A stretch of 58,996 nucleotides of DNA, from NCBI GenBank assembly GCA_002633005.1, contig NMRA01000201.1, positions 381,507 to 440,502 of the forward strand, in the 5' to 3' direction. Below the pieces are notes generated by a model, which was not told where the DNA came from, ran no database searches, and saw nothing but the letters and a program-made list of their open reading frames with translations. This stretch comes from Phoronis australis (Eukaryota; Animalia; Phoronida). Positions 54,301 to 58,996 of this stretch are shown here, piece after piece. Position 1 is the first letter of the stretch. Each line of letters opens with the position of its first letter. Made by a program: the position numbers and the translations under genes.

Positions 54301-56288
54301 CACACTATTATTTTCCCATTAACAAGCTGCATTTCTTCTCTCACACACCGCCATTCTTAAGGAAAGCATTTTCCTCAGGAATTACAATAGCCAGCATCTG
54401 GTTCATACTGACATGACAGAGGTACACAAGTCAAAGTGAGCATGTCTTATGGAAGAACTTTTTGAAATGAAATAAAACAATAGACAAAGCTCTACATAAC
54501 GCAGCAGCCAACAAAAATTACTTTTGTAAAACAGGAGCTCAGGTAAAGTAACAAACCTTATAAGCAACAAGTATTAAAATACAATTTTAACTTCATATTA
54601 TTAAACTAGTGACCTCAAATCTAATCTTTAAATTTGTAAAAAAACAAGTTTTGATCTAGAACACTCACAGTTATGAAATTGGTCTCAAATTGTTGTCTCT
54701 AGACAAATTGGAGATAATTCCAAATTTCCAGGGTTTCAAACAAACTGGCAGTTTTGTTATTTCATCAGAAAAAAGCTTCTAAAATTTACAGTTGTAATTT
54801 CACAACGGCATGGAGTCTGAATCAAAACACACTTTTTTTACTTAGAATGGACAAGTATTACTTGATATGGCGTATTTGAGAGGTGTTTTCATGTCATTGA
54901 TGGCAAGTGAGCCAGTATATTAAATCACTGCTGGTCAAGTTTTCTATCTCTTACAAACAAATTCACTTTTAAATTACCTCATCACCATACTGTAGAACAG
55001 AAGAAGAAAACTTATCCACGGTTCCAAACTTCCGCTTGAGTTCTTTAATTTTATCCTGTTTGGATTTTTTCCCTGATGCCCCATGATCAGAGTCAGAAAA
55101 CAGTAGAAGAGCACCATGTCGGGTGAGATAAGTTTTTGGCAGTATTATTTCGCCATCCTCTTTGTCACCAATGACCAAGGCCGAAGAGGCCGATTTGGCC
55201 CTTGACACTGTAACTCCGTGTTTGTGATCACTTAAGTAGGGCAGCGTTGGTAGAAACAAATCCTGAAGAAAAAATTACATGTCAGTACAATTTTACTATA
55301 GTGAAGCGTATATGTCAAAATTAATAACAATTGTGGTTCCTCAACAGTGACCGATCCATCTTCAGTCATAAACTACTAAAATTTTCATTTAGCGGTAAGT
55401 AATTTAATATTCATGAAACTGGTGTCAACTTGTTTCTTGGAGGTTAGGATGCGGATCTTGCTTGAGGCATGTTATTTTTATGCTGGACCAGTTTTAAAGT
55501 GGTCCATCAAAATTTCCTTGAGGGAAAACAGGTTTACAATACTTTTAAGGCCAAAACGGCTTAAAATTTGACTTTGAGACTCAGACTTGTTGCTGTCATC
55601 AATCACGGATGTGAATTATGTTTCCATTTACTTTTCCTAAAACAAAATATCATGGCCCGGAACAAAATGTTCATTTTGAAAGATTGAAACAAATTTTTGA
55701 ATTTGGTCATGCACAGTCCTCAGACAGTTTTGCCTAAAGCAGATTTTTTCACACACACAGAGGTCTGGATTTACATTACACGCCCGTGAAAGTGGCCCGC
55801 GAGGCAGAGAAGCTGGTGAATGGAGTCTGTCTTGTGTCATGAGAAGTAGGCTAGCCTTCATGTAGTGTTGAGTAGGCCTACACCGCTCTCGTGAACCCTA
55901 CCATATGGAGCCATACTACTAGTAGGCCTAGATCATAGTATATGATGCAGTCACTTTTTGTTTCTACAGAAGGCGTGAAGAGAACACGCAAACATGCCCT
56001 CGAAAACATAATGCAGAACTGGGTAGGCCTACCACACACAAAAAATAATCTTTAGTCAATTAGAACTCTCACTAATCAAATGCCAATTCAACCGTTTTAA
56101 AATAATATCAGTCAGCCTGAGACTGAGTGCAAGAAAATGGGAACTCAACACAGAACTGGAAGCAGACGACAAGCCACAATATGGCACGATCGGATAATTT
56201 GGCAGTTACGAACCTTTTTCGATGCATTTTCCTCGACACAGATCTCTCCAGTCCACGAACCGTATCCTTTGGCAAGAGAACTTAACAT
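24321..56288 (-). CDS. KIAA2012: KIAA2012-like (DUF4670) protein, ~1206 aa, 20 exons, with a C-terminal E/R/Q-rich helical region
   Basis: Phase-consistent GT-AG exon chain totalling 3621 nt. N-terminal MLSSLAKGYG, LPKTYLTRHGALLLFS...SVLQYG, LHF...QPG....YL and C-terminal TKPWVFSYY resemble my recollection of human KIAA2012 (LSLLSRGHG, LPKTFSTRKGALILYS, SRPWVYSYF). Confidence 0.82.
25555..25748 (-). CDS. KIAA2012-like exon 19
   Basis: LQRLEQEARERMQQEMERRR...GMTKPWVFSYYVLWPRETYE; gtaagc donor. Confidence 0.88.
26315..26682 (+). mobile_element. Degenerate non-autonomous DNA-transposon fragment (possibly Tc1/mariner-type end)
   Basis: Begins ta-tgaggggctatcaaaaa; the same left end recurs at 53144 (cgaggggctatcgaaaa...atttttgagatctcacatt), and 26451-26682 recurs inverted at 36395-36621. 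Confidence 0.5.
27133..27348 (-). CDS. KIAA2012-like exon 18
   Basis: AEEEALAQLVREREEAERLKREM...RVIE; tttag/gtgagg. Confidence 0.88.
28271..28393. mobile_element. ~120 bp palindromic MITE-like element
   Basis: acttggttgacttcaccg ... cggcgaagtcaatcaagt terminal arms (2 mismatches), plus inner arms cctgtcaacc..gacatctgat / atcaggcgtc..cagttgaccagg. Confidence 0.7.
28640..28869 (+). repeat. C-rich diverged tandem repeat (~130 bp period) abutting the gap
   Basis: cacaactcccctacacttt.cata...caacctgaacc.tgtacat.ctcttc occurs twice. Confidence 0.7.
28870..29313. other. Assembly gap (444 N)
   Basis: Run of N. Confidence 1.
29805..29949 (+). repeat. Tandem duplication, ~70 bp x2
   Basis: atgcca.cttattcac..acccctcctccatcctcaaagctatccacttacaaacttccatctctccaaat occurs twice. 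Confidence 0.9.
30141..30461 (-). CDS. KIAA2012-like exon 17
   Basis: ELEAQMKEAEQQ...RKRREEERRRREEQEMMDEEEIE; ttcag/gtaagt. Confidence 0.88.
30678..30941 (-). CDS. KIAA2012-like exon 16
   Basis: LKMESAETK...PTPEWLEAEKAAVRERRRQE...QSQI; ttcag/gtgagt. Confidence 0.88.
31835..31923 (-). CDS. KIAA2012-like exon 15
   Basis: (V)KQVIDSSVADNYRDGMSMEELELEQQLLK; ttacag/gtaaat. Confidence 0.82.
32666..32849 (-). CDS. KIAA2012-like exon 14
   Basis: PITSENLLNDTKAEIERVFG...KIPSE; tttcag/gtaagt. Confidence 0.82.
33665..33892 (-). CDS. KIAA2012-like exon 13
   Basis: IEAIPTSELKTTASTPSVYFDTSPPK...SALIR; tttag/gtaagt. Confidence 0.82.
35140..35519 (-). CDS. KIAA2012-like exon 12
   Basis: EKSHSPAEDDLSPWQQE...PVIDKRG; NAGNAG acceptor (tagCAG); donor gtgggt, position uncertain. 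Confidence 0.75.
36022..36150 (-). CDS. KIAA2012-like exon 11
   Basis: NDSGSVRSFGSGHTEC...KSAVSL; ttgcag/gtaagt. Confidence 0.8.
36395..36621 (-). repeat. Inverted copy of the 26451-26682 repeat
   Basis: e.g. cactgcatgatgcggg / cccgcatcatgcagtg and tgttttcacatttaca / tgtaaatgtgaaaaca. Confidence 0.85.
36972..37184 (-). CDS. KIAA2012-like exon 10
   Basis: TPSIVTRGCYSFSLEKSLP...SRPNSAAHTHQEVL; tttcag/gtaggg. Confidence 0.8.
37747..37830 (+). repeat. 21-bp minisatellite x4
   Basis: attctgtcgccattaccaaca units, degenerating 3'-ward. Confidence 0.9.
38384..38513 (+). repeat. 65-bp tandem duplication (1 mismatch)
   Basis: ttatgatcctggtgacgtaa(c/t)aggattataaagattttagacttcagttgttgactactagacta x2. 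Confidence 0.95.
39818..39873 (-). CDS. KIAA2012-like exon 9
   Basis: SVVSPISPNKLSKGVAYK; tttcag/gtaaga; its phase 2->1 is required to link the neighbouring exons. Confidence 0.75.
40982..41090 (-). CDS. KIAA2012-like exon 8
   Basis: ALRVRPDSATVVPTSSFSDDTNEWAETVELEEERS; tttcag/gtaaac. Confidence 0.8.
41603..41713 (-). CDS. KIAA2012-like exon 7
   Basis: SAVWQVDDSSFTKLK...GQSET; tcacag/gtaatt. Confidence 0.78.
42836..43129 (-). CDS. KIAA2012-like exon 6
   Basis: HLQRTHSPSHQVKSH...FDSGNTT; tttcag/gttgga. Confidence 0.8.
44437..44567 (-). CDS. KIAA2012-like exon 5
   Basis: HKENPPTSAKRRPVLSADS...AIVNE; tttcag/gttaaa. Confidence 0.78.
45553..45693 (-). CDS. KIAA2012-like exon 4
   Basis: SRAKLPDGAITPSQINIEELQDLQDELDALEERC...AAS; ttccag/gtcagt. 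Confidence 0.8.
46605..46750 (-). CDS. KIAA2012-like exon 3
   Basis: CVGGDVSSSSDPHCVLHFLRGLDELPIDIHSQPGADYDFYLKDLKSRS; ctccag/gtaagg. This is a different frame from the track ORF 46444..46749. Confidence 0.82.
50160..52506 (+). repeat. ~1.17 kb near-identical tandem duplication (50160-51344 / 51346-52506) joined by a single N
   Basis: Both copies run atcgct.tcaagcg...gatgtcttgtggcaac, differing by SNPs and small indels; N at 50153 and 51345. Confidence 0.95.
54978..55262 (-). CDS. KIAA2012-like exon 2
   Basis: DLFLPTLPYL...ILPKTYLTRHGALLLFS...SSVLQYGDE; cttcag/gtaatt. Confidence 0.88.
56214..56288 (-). CDS. KIAA2012-like exon 1 (start codon)
   Basis: MLSSLAKGYGSWTGEICVEENASKK|gttcgt; in-frame upstream TGA; phase 0 into exon 2. 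Confidence 0.7.
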
Positions 56289-56824
56289 CCTTTCTGAGCT
56301 CCCTGAACCCTTAAGCTGGTATGACTTTCAGATGCTGCACCGCGTACGCCCAACGGCAACGCAAATCGAAGTTTCTATCGAGTATCGTTGACAACTGTTT
56401 TACTTTCATTCCAAACAATCCTCTTCTTAACCAAGGTCCTAAATATTGTTTGTGTAGTTCCTTTTAACGTCAAGTTTGCACTTCTCATTAACACTTCGAG
56501 TGAGAAGTACTCCAAGTCAAATTTTTCATACTGGTTGTTGACTCACTGTCACATCACACACACTCCAACACGCCGATGTTATTTACAATGAATGCTAGGG
56601 AACTGTCTGCTGTGTGTAGGATTGCATGATAGTGATTTTCAAGGCGAGTCCAACGAGTCTAGTAGGGGTGTATAGCGTCGTCGTGATGCGACTGTGTTGG
56701 GTGAGATTTTTGGTGGTTCAATACAAAAGGATACTAAACCCTGTTGCGATGAATTCCACCAATCCTCGTTCTCTCACCTGCTAATGCATCATTGGCGTCA
56801 ATCTTCCAAGTTAAAGACATGAAT

Positions 56825-57113
56825 CAGGGGCGGATCCAGGATTTTGAGTTGGGGGGCAGGGCACAGGAATAACCCCGGAATTTCGGGAGATGCGCGCTAC
56901 AATGCAGGGATACAGGGGTCTCGAATTTTTGGCTTTGCGAACCTTTCGACTAAAAAAACGCCAAACGGGGTTTGTTCAGGGCCTATGCATTTCTTCACCC
57001 CCCCGCCCCTCTGATTGCGCGCATGTTCTAGTCAGCATTTCGCACCCGAACTGCCAAATGATAGGGGGCATGGNNNNNNNNNNNNCTCCCCCCCCCCCCC
57101 CCTAAATCCGCCG
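56825..57113 (+). mobile_element. GC-rich MITE-like element (ggcggatccagg...cctaaatccgcc), copy 1, containing a 12-N gap
   Basis: TIR-like ggcggat/atccgcc; body shared with 57381-57605. Confidence 0.65.
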
Positions 57114-57380
57114 TTCACACCTGTATTGCTTAACTGTGGATCGCGAGACCCCGGCCGGGGACCTTGAAGTGTCAGGCACGAGATCGACGGAAAACTTGAT
57201 CCGAAGCTGGTCAGATCATGAACGACCCAATCCGACAGTATTTAAATACATCGTAGAGCACGCGAGAAATCGCCCATCGGATTCGGGCAAAATTTACGGA
57301 AATTCGGCCTAGTGGCTGTCCACTGCTGTAAGGCCGCATTCTATGTCCGTTTTCGCCATCAAAAATTGCTGGAACCAAGG

Positions 57381-57605
57381 TCGGATCCAGGATTTTGAGT
57401 TGGAGGAGGAGGCACAGGAATAACCAGAATTTGGGCAGATGCGCGCGCCCCGAATGTGGGGATGCAGGGGTCTCGAATATTTGGGTTGCGTACCTGTTGA
57501 CTAAACAAAAAGGTAAACGGGGTTTGTTCAGGGCCCGAACTCCCAAATGGTATCTGGTAGAATTTTAGGGGGGCACGGCCTCCTTGCCCCCCCAAATCCG
57601 CCACT
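57381..57605 (+). mobile_element. GC-rich MITE-like element, copy 2
   Basis: cggatccaggattttgagttgg..ggcacaggaataacc..ggggtctcgaat..aaacggggtttgttcagggcc...ccaaatccgccactg. Confidence 0.65.
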
Positions 57606-58779
57606 GGGAACCACCAGTCGGACAAACACCATGCGTCAAATGTATGCCTTGAATGATCCCCGTCCCAGTTTAAAACTGTAAAATAACGTTCTAACCATCG
57701 TTGCGTCCACTTCAGTAGCGCAAATGACAGCGAATTGCACGTTGATGAAATATGCAACATGGTGGCAATGGGTATATCTGCACAAGAGTGAACGCCAATT
57801 TTTAGTGACGAACATTCATCTAATACATGCCAGTGCCCGGTTGCATGAAACAGCTAGTCCTCATGGACTCAACTATAAGTTCCCTAGGTCAACGGCAACC
57901 GTGACATTGAGTCCGCGTGTGCCAGGTTGTCTCTTGGTTACTAGTATGTGCCAGGAACCTGTGGCACCTCTTTCTCAGCTGATGTCGTCGGTCCACTGCA
58001 ATATTCTCAGTGCCGAGGGGCGGCATTTTCTCACCTGGCACCACCGACTAAGTACCCACACCGCCACTGGTTCCACACATTCGGATATATATTCGCGGTA
58101 TGAGGGGCAGTGGCCTGAAAAAAGGGGGCTCTGGCGAAGGCTTCAATACGGCAGATACACTTGACTGTATTTTTGATTGTGTCCGCTAGGAGGGAATACC
58201 CGGCGAAGATGCATCGACTCTGCAACAATAAAAAATAGTTATTAGTGAGTTCCTCGAGTAGGAGCTCAGGACATTTTATCATGACATCGGCAGCGAGTGC
58301 CAACATTTGATTTGCACAGTATTTGTTTAATTAATGTCGGTACTGACTTGAACGAAAGCTTTCGTTACGTTTTTGTAGAACTTTTATTACATCGCAATTT
58401 ACCCAAAGTTAAGCAAAAATACCATCTGGTTGTACTAACTATACTTTTTCCGAAATCATTGTGGTAACTGAATATCAGGAGATTTCTTCTGAGAGGATCA
58501 TTGAAATTCACTCTCAGGTTTACGAGTATCTGTCGGAAAAACTCAATTTCTCGTTGTCAGTTTGGTTTTAAATTTATACCCAGCTGGACATGACAAACAC
58601 CTCTCTGATTGACGTTACTTGCTCAGGGCCAGGGCTTGGGCGGGGGAAAACTTTTTAGTAGATTTACACTGTATCGTCTGATTAGCGTTGTTGGAAACAA
58701 GAAGGTGTGATGTCAATGAGTCACACCTTAGTTGTGAAATGCTGGTCGGGTATGATGTAAAAACACTGGAAAACATTGA

Positions 58780-58900
58780 GCATAGGTGGATTTAGGAGGG
58801 GAGGGGCACGTGAAGCGTGAGAAAATGTAGAGTCTAGTAACTAGCATAGGCGGATTTAGGGGGGGGGCAGGGCCCCCCCTTGGCTGCCGCAAAAAAAATA
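58780..58900 (+). repeat. Two related left ends (cataggyggatttagg.ggg) of a GC-rich MITE-like family
   Basis: cataggtggatttaggagggg (58781) and cataggcggatttagggggg (58846). Confidence 0.5.
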
Positions 58901-58996
58901 AAACACCAAGAGCGTAGGGAAATGTTGAGTTTATTAATTAACCCCGCTAATTAAAATTATACGGATGAAAAAATGTGTGCAGTTTTAGTGTTGGGG

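Overview
Eukaryotic, AT-rich, intron-rich genomic DNA from an invertebrate animal; the species cannot be determined from the sequence. By manual splice-phase reconstruction it holds three minus-strand spliced genes. (1) The 5' part (4 exons) of GALK2, N-acetylgalactosamine kinase, running off the left edge. (2) A complete 4-coding-exon MFSD4/FucP-like MFS transporter of about 548 aa. (3) A roughly 32 kb, 20-exon KIAA2012 (DUF4670)-like gene of about 1206 aa. Introns and intergenic DNA contain a Penelope-type GIY-YIG remnant, a tRNA-derived SINE, several palindromic MITE-like elements, tandem repeats, N-gaps and a 1.2 kb duplication that is probably an assembly artefact. No CRISPR, rRNA or intact tRNA was seen, and most short ORFs in the track are spurious. 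I found no clearly novel system. The best leads are the sugar-transporter/GalNAc-kinase adjacency, inverted intronic repeats bracketing eight KIAA2012-like exons (a circRNA-type layout), X-box-like motifs with a candidate exon near 57.9 kb, and TAGGCCTA palindromes concentrated at gene 5' ends. Family assignments come from recalled motifs, not database searches.
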